DNA of 64,000 nucleotides from Flavobacteriales bacterium (GCA_044346705.1 JBIIYP010000003.1:37714-101713); one strand, 5' to 3'. Positions 37,164 to 48,300 are shown, counted from the stretch's first letter. The notes: a model not told the origin generated them from the sequence alone. Translations and numbers: made by a program.

Positions 37164-38726
37164 CTACAGGTCGAACTTGATGCCCTGTGCGAGTGGCAGT
37201 GTCGATCCGTAGTTGATGGTATTGGTCTGTCGACGCATGTATGCCTTCCAGGCATCACTGCCGCTTTCGCGCCCTCCTCCTGTTTCCTTTTCGCCACCGA
37301 AGGCACCGCCGATCTCCGCACCGCTCGTACCGATGTTCACATTCGCTATGCCACAGTCACTGCCAGCGGCGCTCAGGAAGCGCTCCGCTTCGCGGAGGTC
37401 CAGCGTCATGATCGCGCTGCTGAGCCCTTGTTTCACCTGGTTCTGAAGGGCGATGGCCTGGTGCACGTCACCGCTGTAGCGAAGCAGGTAGAGGATCGGG
37501 GCGAAGGTCTCCTCCTGCACAATGGCCATGTCCGGCGTGGCTTCAACGATGGCCGGCCGTACGTAACAGCCGCTTTCGTAGCCCTTGCCCATCAGCACAC
37601 CGCCCTCCACGGCAATGGAAGCGCCCTGTGCCTTTGAAGCTGCCAGTGCGGCGAGATAGAGCTCAACGGCGTGGGCATCGATCAAGGGGCCTACGTGGTT
37701 GTTCTCATCGAGCGGGTCGCCGATCCGGAGCTGGCCATAGGCGTTGATAAGCTTCTGCTTGAAGGAGTCGTAGACCGCCTCGTGAATGATCAAGCGACGT
37801 GTGCTGGTGCACCGTTGGCCGGCTGTTCCTACAGCTCCGAAAACAGCACCGATCAAGGACATGTCGAGATCGGCCTTATCGCTGATGATGATCGCGTTGT
37901 TCCCGCCCAGTTCCAGCAATGAGCGACCAAGGCGCTGACCTACGGCGGCGCCAACAGCCTTGCCCATGCGGGTGCTTCCGGTGGCGCTCACGAGCGGTAC
38001 GCGGGTGTCGTTGCTCAGCCACTCCCCCACCTCGCGGCCACCATTGATCACCACGCTTACGCCCTCCGGTACGTTGTTGCGCTTGAACACCGCTGCAGTG
38101 ATGTGCTGGCAGGCAATGCTGCACAGCGGCGTCTTCTCACTCGGCTTCCACAGGCACACATCGCCGCACACCCAGGCGAGCGCGGTGTTCCAACTCCATA
38201 CGGCAACAGGAAAATTGAACGCCGTGATGACGCCCACGGGCCCGTAGGGATGCCATTGTTCATACATGCGATGGTCCGGCCGCTCGCTGTGCATGGTAAG
38301 GCCATGGAGCTGGCGCGATAAGCCCACTGCGAAGTCGCAGATATCGATCATCTCCTGCACCTCACCGAGCCCCTCCTGGTAGCTCTTGCCCATTTCATAG
38401 CTTACGAGCTTGCCCAGGTCCGCTTTGTGCTTGCGCAGCTCCTCCCCGAGTTGGCGCACCACCTCTCCACGCTTCGGTGCTGGCCACATCCGCCATTCCA
38501 AGAAGCCTTGTTGAGCCGAAGTCAAGGCGAGCTCGTATTCGGCCCGGCTTGCGCCCCGGACGGTGCCGATCAATTCACCGTCCACTGGACTGCGGCACTC
38601 CAACAGCTCCCCTTCTCCCAGCATCCAGGTCCGACCTGTGGAGACACCGCTATTGGTCTCGGCGATACCGAGCGTGGCCAGTAGGTCAGCGACCCTGTTC
38701 GTTGGGTGGGTGGTGCTTGTGCTCAT
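37164..38726 (-). CDS. Aldehyde dehydrogenase family 7 (piperideine-6-carboxylate dehydrogenase-like)
   Basis: ITAFNFPVAV, WKPSEKT, SATGS, LELGGNN, GTAGQRCT, EETFAP and GGGRESGSD. Confidence 0.93.
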   Translation of the reverse strand: MSTSTTHPTNRVADLLATLGIAETNSGVSTGRTWMLGEGELLECRSPVDGELIGTVRGASRAEYELALTSAQQGFLEWRMWPAPKRGEVVRQLGEELRKHKADLGKLVSYEMGKSYQEGLGEVQEMIDICDFAVGLSRQLHGLTMHSERPDHRMYEQWHPYGPVGVITAFNFPVAVWSWNTALAWVCGDVCLWKPSEKTPLCSIACQHITAAVFKRNNVPEGVSVVINGGREVGEWLSNDTRVPLVSATGSTRMGKAVGAAVGQRLGRSLLELGGNNAIIISDKADLDMSLIGAVFGAVGTAGQRCTSTRRLIIHEAVYDSFKQKLINAYGQLRIGDPLDENNHVGPLIDAHAVELYLAALAASKAQGASIAVEGGVLMGKGYESGCYVRPAIVEATPDMAIVQEETFAPILYLLRYSGDVHQAIALQNQVKQGLSSAIMTLDLREAERFLSAAGSDCGIANVNIGTSGAEIGGAFGGEKETGGGRESGSDAWKAYMRRQTNTINYGSTLPLAQGIKFDL

Positions 38727-38978
38727 GGGTGTTTCTCTTCGGGCGGCGAAGGTAAACAGGGCGCAAGGCGAGCGCCTTCAGAAGTGGCTGATATTGGTGT
38801 GCGATGTGGCCGACGACGAAAGGAACCGGTGCGCACCGAACGAATTCACGTAAGTTCTTGAAAATGAAGGACATACAACAACTTCAATAGCCGAAGAATG
38901 AGCGGATCGCGGCGGCTCGGAGGGGTGTGGCAGCGCCCAGCGCACTCAAGCCCCGCAAACGGGCCAAAAACCCCCTTC

Positions 38979-39887
38979 TCAAGGCTCCCGCTTCTGAGCG
39001 ATGTAGAGTGTACTCGAAGTTGGGCGATCTCCAAGTAAAGCGACCAGGTTGGACCATGACCCCAGGAGGCCACCCAAGACAAGCGCCATGACCGCTCCAC
39101 TACCCCGATAGCGTTGGCTGAGCATGGCTATATACAGTGCGTCCATCCACATGGGCCTGACCTTCAGCAGGGTGAAACCATGTTCCTGGAGGAGGGTCCT
39201 GATGTCCTGTCGGCGAAAGTGGAGCAGATGCCGGGGCACATCATACGCGGCCCAATCCTTTCCGTAGTGTTGCGCGTCCCAGCTTTCGTGGTCAGGTACA
39301 GCGAGGATCAGGAAGCCCCGGTCCGTCAGCAGACTATACAGCTTCTTCAACGTGCGCCGTGGATCCGGCACGTGTTCCAGCACATGCCACATGGTGATGA
39401 CATGGAACTGTTCATGTGCCGGCACCGCGTCAATTACCGGCAGCACCTCGATCGCATGATTGGCGATCGCCATTTCTCGGGCTCCCAAGTCAGGCTCAAC
39501 GCCTTGCACAAGGTAACCCCTACTTCTCAAGTAACCCAGAAACTCACCAGTGCCGCAGCCGAGGTCCAGCACACGGCCTTCAGGGCGGCAATCATACACG
39601 ATGGCGTGTTTGCTGCGAAGGGCCCATTGCCTGGCGATCTTGTACAGGCGGTCCTGTAAGCTGCGCGAGCTGTTCGAATGCGAGATGTAATCCGGAGAAC
39701 TATAATAGGCCCCGATACTATGTTGATCTGGCCTAGGAGCGGTGTATCGGCAGCCGCAGGTGAGGCAATCAACGAGGGAGAATGCCTCGTGACTGACAGT
39801 GTGGTCCTGTGCCGACAGCGCCACACGGCGCCCTGCGCCTCCGCATATCGGGCAGCCATCGGGTGTTTCGAGTACGGTATGTTCCAC
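38979..39887 (-). CDS. Class I SAM-dependent methyltransferase with N-terminal Zn-ribbon
   Basis: CPIC...CLTC, LDLGCGTG, ITMWHVLEH and YDVPRHL; downstream of mnmG. Confidence 0.9.
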   Translation of the reverse strand: MEHTVLETPDGCPICGGAGRRVALSAQDHTVSHEAFSLVDCLTCGCRYTAPRPDQHSIGAYYSSPDYISHSNSSRSLQDRLYKIARQWALRSKHAIVYDCRPEGRVLDLGCGTGEFLGYLRSRGYLVQGVEPDLGAREMAIANHAIEVLPVIDAVPAHEQFHVITMWHVLEHVPDPRRTLKKLYSLLTDRGFLILAVPDHESWDAQHYGKDWAAYDVPRHLLHFRRQDIRTLLQEHGFTLLKVRPMWMDALYIAMLSQRYRGSGAVMALVLGGLLGSWSNLVALLGDRPTSSTLYIAQKREP

Positions 39888-39895
39888 GTGGAACG
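39880..39895. promoter_or_regulatory. parS site 1
   Basis: TGTTCCACGTGGAACG, matching the TGTTNCACGTGAAACA-type parS palindrome. Confidence 0.88.
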
Positions 39896-39905
39896 ATCGA
39901 GTTGG

Positions 39906-41786
39906 TTATCGTCCTAAATAGACCAGGAGGACGCTGAGGTCCGAAGGTGAAACGCCACTTATTCGCGAAGCCTGACCAAGCGTAGCCGGTCGGATGCGGT
40001 CGAGTTTTTGTCGGGCTTCAAAGGATAGCGAAGTGAGTCGGGCGTAATCGGTCTCAAGGTCCAGTTGTACCTCGTCAAGCCTGGTAAGCTTCTCGGCTAG
40101 TTCCCGTTCTTTCTCCAGATAGCCGCTGTATTTTACATCGATCTCAACTTGTTCGATCACTTCGCTACGGAGCGATCCGAAGTTATCCGCGACGCCCTTT
40201 GACTCAGGACCCAAGGCTTCGATGTGCTCGAAATTCACTTGGGGGCGAAGCAGTAGCTCAAACACCTTTACCTTCTGTTTGATCGGTGATGTTCCACGTG
40301 GAACGATCACCTCGTTGGCGGCCTCTGGTGACACGCTTTCCGCTTGCATGGTGGTGAGTAACTGCTTCACCATATTCTGTTTTCTCAAGACCCTTTCCAA
40401 GCGGTCGAGACGTGCCAATCCGATCGCATGTGACTTAGCCGTTAAGCGGATATCGGCATTGTCCTGACGCAGCAGGATGCGGAACTCTGCACGACTGGTG
40501 AACATCCGGTAAGGCTCCTCGGTGCCCTTTGTGATGAGGTCATCGATAAGCACGCCGATATAGGCTTCATCCCTGGCCAGTATGAACGGGTCCTTCTCCT
40601 GTAGCTTGAGACTGGCGTTGATGCCTGCCATCAGGCCTTGGCAGGCTGCTTCCTCATATCCCGTAGTACCGTTGATCTGGCCAGCGAAATAGAGTCCATC
40701 GATGAGTTTGGTTTCAAGGGTATGCTTGAGCTGGGTGGGGGGGAAGTAGTCATACTCAACGGCATATCCAGGCCGGAACATGAGGGCCCTGGAAAAGCCA
40801 GGGATCATTCTAAGTGCTGCCAATTGCACCTCCTCCGGCAAACTGGTGCTGAATCCGTTGATGTAGGTCTCCACCGTGTCCCAGCCTTCCGGCTCCACGA
40901 AGATCTGGTGCCTGTCCTTGTCCGCGAACCTGTCGATCTTGTCCTCGATGCTGGGGCAATAGCGTGGACCTATGCCGCGGATGCGACCATTGAACATGGG
41001 GCTGCGGTCAAAGCCGGTACGCAGGATATCATGCACCTCCGGGCTGGTGTAGGTCATCCAACAGCTGAGCTGTCTGGCAGGTGCTGAGGTGTTATCGGAG
41101 AAGCTGAATTTGCCCGGGTTCAGATCGCCCGGCTGCTCCTCCATTAAGCGGTAGTCGAGGCTGCGGCCATCCACCCGGGGAGGAGTGCCCGTCTTCATTC
41201 TGCCCGATTCGAAGCCGGCTCTCACCAGTTGCTCGGTGATGCCATGACTTGCCTTCTCACCAGCCCTTCCTCCGCCGAGCTGGCGCTCGCCAATGTGCAT
41301 GACCCCGTTCATGAATGTCCCACTGGTAAGCACAACGGCACGGCAGGGGATGGTCATGCCGATGCCGGTCTTGACCCCGATGACCGAGCCACCCTCAACG
41401 ACCACCTCCTGTACGGTATCTTGCCAGAAGTGCACATTGGGTGTTTGTTCGAGCATGCGGCGCCATTCGGAGGCGAAGAGGTTCCGATCATTCTGAGCGC
41501 GGGGGCTCCACATGGCCGGACCCTTGCTGCGGTTCAGCATGCGGAACTGGATGGTGCTGCGGTCGCTGACGATGCCGGAGTAGCCCCCTAGGGCATCCAC
41601 TTCGCGGACGATCTGGCCCTTGGCGACCCCACCCATGGCGGGGTTGCAGCTCATCTGGCCAATGACCCCCATGTTCATGGTGATCATGAGCACATTCGAC
41701 CCAAGATTGGCCGCTGCGGCCGCCGCCTCGCAGCCGGCGTGGCCACCGCCCACCACCACTATATCGTAGCTATCCAATGTGCTCAT
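39906..41786 (-). CDS. mnmG: tRNA uridine-5-carboxymethylaminomethyl modification enzyme
   Basis: [54 protein letters not shown] and [11 protein letters not shown]. Confidence 0.98.
   Translation of the reverse strand: MSTLDSYDIVVVGGGHAGCEAAAAAANLGSNVLMITMNMGVIGQMSCNPAMGGVAKGQIVREVDALGGYSGIVSDRSTIQFRMLNRSKGPAMWSPRAQNDRNLFASEWRRMLEQTPNVHFWQDTVQEVVVEGGSVIGVKTGIGMTIPCRAVVLTSGTFMNGVMHIGERQLGGGRAGEKASHGITEQLVRAGFESGRMKTGTPPRVDGRSLDYRLMEEQPGDLNPGKFSFSDNTSAPARQLSCWMTYTSPEVHDILRTGFDRSPMFNGRIRGIGPRYCPSIEDKIDRFADKDRHQIFVEPEGWDTVETYINGFSTSLPEEVQLAALRMIPGFSRALMFRPGYAVEYDYFPPTQLKHTLETKLIDGLYFAGQINGTTGYEEAACQGLMAGINASLKLQEKDPFILARDEAYIGVLIDDLITKGTEEPYRMFTSRAEFRILLRQDNADIRLTAKSHAIGLARLDRLERVLRKQNMVKQLLTTMQAESVSPEAANEVIVPRGTSPIKQKVKVFELLLRPQVNFEHIEALGPESKGVADNFGSLRSEVIEQVEIDVKYSGYLEKERELAEKLTRLDEVQLDLETDYARLTSLSFEARQKLDRIRPATLGQASRISGVSPSDLSVLLVYLGR
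40290..40305. promoter_or_regulatory. parS site 2 (inside mnmG)
   Basis: TGTTCCACGTGGAACG; encodes VPRGT. Confidence 0.88.
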
Positions 41787-41807
41787 CACTAAAAGCCTTG
41801 CGCGGAC

Positions 41808-41823
41808 CGTTCCACGTGGAACG
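41808..41823. promoter_or_regulatory. parS site 3 (upstream of mnmG)
   Basis: CGTTCCACGTGGAACG, a perfect palindrome. Confidence 0.88.
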
Positions 41824-42025
41824 ATCACCCAAGATCACTGATCTTCAGTTGATTAGGTCATTTTCCATAGGTACAGGTCCCATGGACGCAGCAAAGGTAG
41901 ACCCTGAGATGATCGGTTGTTGATCCCTGTGGGTTCGTGGATCCTTTCGCGCCGTCCGCATCGGGTCGTGAAGGTTCCGCATTGGGCCCCACTAGGGCGG
42001 CGTCCCTGGAGGTAGTTTTCAGACC

Positions 42026-43534
42026 ATGGAAGGGAAGAACCGAACAGTGATCGCCCGTTGGGTGGGTCCAGCGCTAGGTGCGCCATGCCTGGCGTTGATT
42101 GTGAGCTCATGCGGCGGTAGCGGGACCGTTGGGGAGGGCGTTGCTGCAGCGGAACCAAGGGGGGCCAACAACATGGCTTACAGATGGGGCTCTGTTGTGC
42201 TGGAAGGAACGGCGAATGACACCGAACAGAACCGACCACGGCCACCAGTGAACAGTCGCATGGTGGCCTTGCCGATGATCGCCATGTTCGACGCCTGGAG
42301 CCGTTACGATCGTGTGGCCGTACCTGTTCACCTCGCCCGTGTCGGGCGCAGACCGGCAGCAGAACAGGACCTGGCGCACAAGGAAACGGCGATCAGCTAT
42401 GCGGTTTGCAGGGTATTGCAGGAGGTCTATCCGGCGGATAGCCAGCTCTTCGCCGCTCGGCTGAAAGCGTTCGGTTATGACCCCACCAACCGCTCAATGG
42501 ACGCATCGACCCCCGAAGGCATTGGCAACATGGCCGCGCGTGCGGTGCTCGATGCGCGGCACCATGACGGCAGCAACATGTACGGCGACGAGCCAGGGTC
42601 GGACACCCTGTATGGGGACTACACGCATTATGTGCCGGTGAATCCTCCGGGAGCGATCAACGACATCGATCGCTGGCAGCCGAAATACTTCATCAGTGAA
42701 AAGGACGGGCACCGCTTTGCACCCGGTTGTATGGCCCCGCATTGGGGCAAGGTCAAGCCCTTTGCGTTGGACCGTGCGTCACAATTCCGACCCCCGGCTC
42801 CGCCCAGGATGGGAGACCCGCTGCTGGAGAAGGAAGTGCGCGAGGTGGTGCAGCTTCAAGCGGCGCTGACCAATGAGCAGAAGGCACTGGTGGAATTCAT
42901 GCGCGATGGGCCAAGGAGCGTTCAACAGGCCGGGCATTGGCTGGTCTTCAGCCGGGATGTGAGCCTACGCGACGAACACACGTTGGACCAGGATGTGCAG
43001 ATGTATTTCGTGGTCGCCACCACGGCGATGGACTGTTTCATCGCCTGTTGGGATGCGAAGATGTTCTATGACAATAGCCGCCCTTACCAACAGGTGCATG
43101 CCTTGATGGGAGAGGAGGAGATCACGGGGTGGGGCGGTCCGCTCAAGGGCATGGTCAGGATGAAGGGCAAGGACTGGCGGCCTTACTCACCGGACAGCTT
43201 TCTATGCCCCCCTTTCCCGGCATACCCCAGCGGGCATAGCACGGTGAGCGGCGGGTGCAGCAAGGCACTCGAACTGTTCACAGGAAGTGATGCCTACGGG
43301 GCCGAGGTGCGCCTGTTGCCGGGTTGGCTCACCGAGCCGGGCATCACCCAGGACAGTGTAACGTTGCGCTTTCCGACCTTCTCTTCCACCGCTGAACAGG
43401 CTGGCTGGAGCCGGGTGTTGGGTGGTTACCACATCCAGACCGACAACCTCGTAGGCCTTGAGCTGGGCCGCAAGGTGGCCGCGGTGACCCATGCAAAGTG
43501 CATGGCCCATATCCGGGGGAAGGAGGGTGGGTAG
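42026..43534 (+). CDS. Vanadium-dependent haloperoxidase-like (PAP2 superfamily) lipoprotein
   Basis: Lipobox IVSS-C; K-x6-RP (WDAKMFYDNSRP), PPFPAYPSGHS and SRVLGGYHIQTD. Confidence 0.87.
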   Translation: MEGKNRTVIARWVGPALGAPCLALIVSSCGGSGTVGEGVAAAEPRGANNMAYRWGSVVLEGTANDTEQNRPRPPVNSRMVALPMIAMFDAWSRYDRVAVPVHLARVGRRPAAEQDLAHKETAISYAVCRVLQEVYPADSQLFAARLKAFGYDPTNRSMDASTPEGIGNMAARAVLDARHHDGSNMYGDEPGSDTLYGDYTHYVPVNPPGAINDIDRWQPKYFISEKDGHRFAPGCMAPHWGKVKPFALDRASQFRPPAPPRMGDPLLEKEVREVVQLQAALTNEQKALVEFMRDGPRSVQQAGHWLVFSRDVSLRDEHTLDQDVQMYFVVATTAMDCFIACWDAKMFYDNSRPYQQVHALMGEEEITGWGGPLKGMVRMKGKDWRPYSPDSFLCPPFPAYPSGHSTVSGGCSKALELFTGSDAYGAEVRLLPGWLTEPGITQDSVTLRFPTFSSTAEQAGWSRVLGGYHIQTDNLVGLELGRKVAAVTHAKCMAHIRGKEGG

Positions 43535-43601
43535 CTGCGCGGAACAGGGGCGTATCTTTCGGTTGTCTTGGCGCGTAGAGGCGCAGCAAATCACCGGAAC
43601 C

Positions 43602-44477
43602 ATGGAGGTCAAAAAGATCGATGCGGCGGACATCACGCACGAGCAGTTCGTGGAGGAGCATTGGAAGCCGGGCATTCCATTGGTGATCAAGAACGCCACC
43701 AAGGTGTGGGGGGCGTATAACACGTTCACCCCGGATTTCTTTCGCGAGCGGTTCGGTGAGCAGCGCACCATGGTGAATGACAAGGAGTACAGCATGCGCG
43801 AGATCTTCGATCTGGCCGAAGGCAAGGACACCACGCGACCGGTGCCGTACCCGTGCAAGTTCCACCTGCCTACGCAATTGCCGGAACTGATGGACATGGT
43901 GATGCCCGTGAATCTGGGCTACGCCCAACCGAACTGGCTGGAGAGCAGCTGGTTCAAACGGGGCTACTGGGGCAGCGCCCTGGAGCTGTTCATCGGCGGG
44001 CCGGGCGGCAAGTTCCCCTATGTGCATGTGGACTACTACCACCTGAGCGCATGGGTGAACCAGTTGTATGGGCACAAGCAGTTCACCGTGTGGCCCCGCG
44101 GCCAGGACGAGTTCATGTACCCCGAACCGGGCGACCAGTGGAAGAGCAGTATCCCGGACATCGAGAACGTGGATCTGACGAAGTACCCCAAATACGCCAA
44201 GGCCACACCGATCACCTTCGTGGTGGGTCCGGGGGAAACGCTTTTCATCCCCGTGGGCATCTGGCACACTGCCAAGAGCCTCGAACCGACGATCTCCGTG
44301 GCCTTCGACCTGTTGAACGGGCAGAACTTCCCGGCCTTCCTGAAGGATGTGTGGGGCTTCAAGAAGCGCGAAAGCCTGGCAAAGGCCGTGGCCGCTACAG
44401 GGTATGCCGCTCTGGGAGGCGCGCTATGCTCGATCGGGGACACCTTCGGGGTGAAGCGGGTGCCCATGCACAACTGA
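43602..44477 (+). CDS. JmjC / cupin-8 2OG-Fe(II) oxygenase
   Basis: PLVIKN, LFIGGPG, H-x-D (HVD) and VGPGETLFIPVGIWH. Confidence 0.88.
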   Translation: MEVKKIDAADITHEQFVEEHWKPGIPLVIKNATKVWGAYNTFTPDFFRERFGEQRTMVNDKEYSMREIFDLAEGKDTTRPVPYPCKFHLPTQLPELMDMVMPVNLGYAQPNWLESSWFKRGYWGSALELFIGGPGGKFPYVHVDYYHLSAWVNQLYGHKQFTVWPRGQDEFMYPEPGDQWKSSIPDIENVDLTKYPKYAKATPITFVVGPGETLFIPVGIWHTAKSLEPTISVAFDLLNGQNFPAFLKDVWGFKKRESLAKAVAATGYAALGGALCSIGDTFGVKRVPMHN

Positions 44478-44490
44478 AACCGGAAGGCGG

Positions 44491-44916
44491 CTAATAACGG
44501 GCGAGGAAAAGATCCTCTTGCGCCCGCATGGCCTCGCGCTTGGCCTTGCTCTTGTCGGTATGCCCCAGCAGGTGAAGCAGACCATGCACCATTACGCGCC
44601 GAAGCTCCTGCTGGGCACTGACCTTGAATGTTGCAGCGTTCTCACGGATCCGGTCATAGCTCATCAGCACATCACCGGAAACGCCGTTGTTGCTCTCCAC
44701 CGGGAAGGTGATCACATCCGTGTAGTCGTCGTGCTGCAGGAAGGTACTGTTGTAGTGCAGCAGGCCCTTGTCGCTCATCAGCACGAAGGAGACGGCATCG
44801 ATGCGGGTACCATGGTCTTGGGCCACGCGGGACAGCCAGCGGCGCAGGCGGGTACGGTCGCGGAACGCATCCGGCACATCCTTCACGATGAACCCGATGG
44901 TGCCTTTGGACGCCAT
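44491..44916 (-). CDS. ybeY: rRNA maturation endoribonuclease YbeY
   Basis: TDVITF and RVMVHGLLHLLGHTD. Confidence 0.94.
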   Translation of the reverse strand: MASKGTIGFIVKDVPDAFRDRTRLRRWLSRVAQDHGTRIDAVSFVLMSDKGLLHYNSTFLQHDDYTDVITFPVESNNGVSGDVLMSYDRIRENAATFKVSAQQELRRVMVHGLLHLLGHTDKSKAKREAMRAQEDLFLARY

Positions 44917-45353
44917 TATTCCTGGACGGGCTGAAGGCTGAACGCCATGGCCACCGTGGCCCCGTGGTCGCTGAACTCCACGCTGTCGGCCAGCGCACGC
45001 ATCAGGAACACACCACGCCCGTGGGGCTTCTCGATGTTCTCGGGGTCGGTGGGATCGGGCAGGTGCTCGAAGTCGAAGCCGGGGCCCTGGTCGCTCACCA
45101 CGAAGATGATCTTATCGCCCTTCACCTCGTAGCCCATGGAGACCTGTTTCGCAGGGTCCAGGCGGTTGCCGTGGTGGATGGCGTTGTTCACCGCCTCGGT
45201 GAGGGCGATGAGGATGTTGCCATAGTGCGATTCGTGCACGTTGTGCTTCTGGCAGGCCTCATCGATGAGCTTCTCCGCGAGGGAGATGTTCTCGGCCTTG
45301 GCTGCGAATTCGATCCGCTGCGTGAATTGAACGTCTTCGATCAAGGCTCCCAT
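44916..45353 (-). CDS. RsbW/SpoIIAB-like ATP-binding protein (HATPase_c_2)
   Basis: IALTEAVNNAIHHGN, SDQGPGF and HGRGVFLM. Confidence 0.9.
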   Translation of the reverse strand: MGALIEDVQFTQRIEFAAKAENISLAEKLIDEACQKHNVHESHYGNILIALTEAVNNAIHHGNRLDPAKQVSMGYEVKGDKIIFVVSDQGPGFDFEHLPDPTDPENIEKPHGRGVFLMRALADSVEFSDHGATVAMAFSLQPVQE

Positions 45354-45361
45354 CGGCGTTT

Positions 45362-48300
45362 TCAGGGTCGGTCAAAAGTATCGAAATACTCGCTGACACG
45401 CTCCTTGTAATACGGCTTCAGGCCAGGAGGTACGGTGCGGAGCATTTCCGCCTCGCGTTGCTTGGTGCGCTGGTACTCGAAGAAGCGGGCGGGGTCGGTA
45501 TGCGGCACGTCACGCCCCTCGGTGCTTTGGCGCTTCTGGTCCAGCTCACGCTCCCGCTCGGCCTTTTCGGCCTCCAGCATGCGCACCATGATGTCCTGCT
45601 GGCGGCGGATGGTCTCCTGGTCGATGCGCTTGTTCACGATGTCCTTCTCGGTCTTCTCCATCTCCTCGGCGAGCTTGTTCAGGCCGTTCCCGGAACCGCT
45701 GCCGTCCTTGTTCAGCTCCTGGGCCATGCGCTGCATCTCCTTGCGGATGGCGGCTTGCTGGGCGGCCATCTGGGCGAGTTGCTGGCTCATGCCGGGGCCG
45801 ATGCCACCGGGATTCTTGTCGCCGGGCTTGGGCCCCTGTTGCTTGCCGCCCTTCTCCATGCCCTTCTTCATTTCCTCCAGTTGTTTTTGGAGGGCCTGTT
45901 GCTGGGCCTTCATCTTGGCCATGCTCGCCTTATTGCCTTTGCCGGCGCCGCTGCCACCCGGCTTGTTGCATGATCCGCTGCCGGGCTTTCCGCTGGATTG
46001 CTGCTGCTGTTGCATCTGCTTCAGGGCCTCGTCCAGCAGAAGCGCCAGGTTGTTCAGGCCGGTCATGGCGCGCTGTTGCTTATCCGCGGCCATGGGCTTC
46101 TCCCGTTCGTTCGCACGGCTGTTGTTGATGCGCTCCATGGCCTCGTCCATGTTGCCGTTCACCGCGTTCATCTCGCGGTTCACGGTGGCCTGGATCTGCG
46201 GTACGCGTTTGCTGAGGGCGAAGAGCGAATCCTCGATCACGCGGGCATCGTCACGAAGCTTCTTTTGCGTGCGACCCAGGTCCACCAAGTGCGGGTCGCG
46301 GGTGCCGGTGCGCTGCAGGTCCACCATGGTGGCCTCCTGCTCAATGCTCAGGTGCACGATGTTCTCCAGGAGCTGGCGCAGGGCGTCCATGTCCTCCTCG
46401 GCTTGTTCCTGCTGGCTTTGCTGCATGGCGCTCTTCATCTGGAAGGCCAGCTGCTCCATTTGCTCACCGGCCTTTTTCTGGCTGTCGCCGGCCTTCTGCT
46501 TCTGGTCCTTCTGAAGCTCCTCGCTGCTCTTCTGCTGCTCCTGCTGGATGTCCTGTTCCTGCTGCTCGGTCTTGGGCAGCTCCATGGGTTCTTTCAGCTC
46601 CGCGTTCTTCTTCTCCAGTTCATCCAGCTCCTTGCGCACATCCTCGAAGGACTTGTTCAGCTCCTCCTGTTTCTTCTGGAGCTCCTCCTTGGGCGTGTCA
46701 CCGGCCTTGGTCTCCTCGCTCAGTTGCTTCTGTTCCTCGGCGAGCTTCTCCAGCTGTTTGGTGATGTCGTCGGCCTTCTGCTCCACTTCCATCTGCTTGA
46801 ACTGTTCCAGGGCACGGTCGAGCTCCTTCTCGATGTCCTCCTGGTCCATCTTCATGTCCTTCATCTGCTCCTGGAGCTTCTCCTTGTCGAGCTTCTCGAG
46901 CATCTCCTGCACCTGCTTGTAGAGCTCCTTCATCTCCTCGTTCAGCACGTTCTCGAAGAGCTCCTGCACCTGCTTCTGCTTCTCCAGCAGGCGTTCGTCC
47001 ATCTGGCGGTACTGCTGCTGCTCGTTTCGCTGCAGCTCCATTTTCTGCGTGGTGTTCTCGATGCGCTGTTGCAGCTGCTTCTGCCGGTCGAGCACGTTCT
47101 GGAGCTTCTGCTGGTCCTGCCAGTTCAACTCTTTCTTGTCGAGCATCTCCCGACGCAGCTTGTCCAGTTCGCGTTGCAGGTCCTGGGCCTCGCGGATGCT
47201 CTGTTGCAGGTCCTTCTTGATCTCGGCGCCCTGCTGGTCCTGCTTTTCGGAAAGCTCGTTCAGCGTGGGTGCAGCGAAGACCTGCGTGCTGCTGCGGGTG
47301 CTCTTGCTGCCGTTGACGCCGTCGTTGTCCCACACCTCGAACCAGTACTCCAGCTTGTCACCGGCCCCGAGGGTGAGCTCGTTCAGGTCCCAGAAGTGGA
47401 AGAACTGCTGGCGGGTGTTCCTGGGGTCGATGCCGAGCTCGATGGTGCGTTCGCGCAGCTCCGCTGCGGTGCTGTCGCCACCTTCGGTGAACCGGTAACT
47501 GAACATCAGGCGCTTGAAGCCGTGGTCGTCGCCGAGGTCGCCGCGGAAATAGAGGCGTTTGGGCGCGGTGCTATCAGCCTTCTGCTCCACCCCGATGGTG
47601 GGGTAGAGATCCGGCACCACCTCGATGCGGTATTGCAGGGGCGAGGTGGCCTTGCGATCGCCCTTGGTGGGGACCATGCTGTAGGTGCGGCTTTGGAGCA
47701 GACGGCGGCTGGCGGTGAAGCGATCGTCGCCCTGAGGCTTCAGCAGGTAGGTGGTGTCGTCGAAGGCGAGCTGCAACAGGTCGGTGCTGCGGGTGTTGGC
47801 GGTCCAGGTGATCCGCGTGCCGGCGGGCACCTGGGCGTCACCGGTATTGCCGCGAAGCTCGGTGGGAAGTCCGAGGTAGGCGGGGTATTCCAGCTTCATG
47901 GCCAGGTCCAGCACCAGGGGGTCGGGCACGGTGGCCAGCACGTGCTCCGTGCTGCGGAACCCTTCGGCTTCCAAGTGAAAGGTGATGGGCTCCTGCACGT
48001 TGCGGAATCGGTGGGTGAAGCGCACCGCGTCCTGTTTTACCAAGGGGATACGCTGGCCGTCGATGACCACTTCGGCTTGCTGGGGCACGGCCTGTCCCTG
48101 CAACTCCACCTGCAGCTCGAAGTCCTGGTCCTCGGGCACCTGCAGGGTGTCGTTGAGCACCACGAAACGGAACGGTGCTTCGGGCGTGAACTCGGTGCCA
48201 TGGGCCAGCAGACGTCCGGCCGGACCGGTGATGAGGCTCGGCGCGGCGAAGAGCAGGACGATGAGCACGGCCAGCGGGGGCAGCGCGAAGCGCAGGTAAC

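Noticed and set aside
41824-42025. mnmG upstream region as an alternative oriC (several GATC, TGTTGATCC)
   Set aside because: It is short and lacks a clear AT-rich unwinding patch. It is weaker than 33.1-33.8 kb but not excluded.
3769-43534. Halogen-cycling pathway linking the deiodinase-like and haloperoxidase-like genes
   Set aside because: They are 38 kb apart, one is a pseudogene, and I see no shared regulation.
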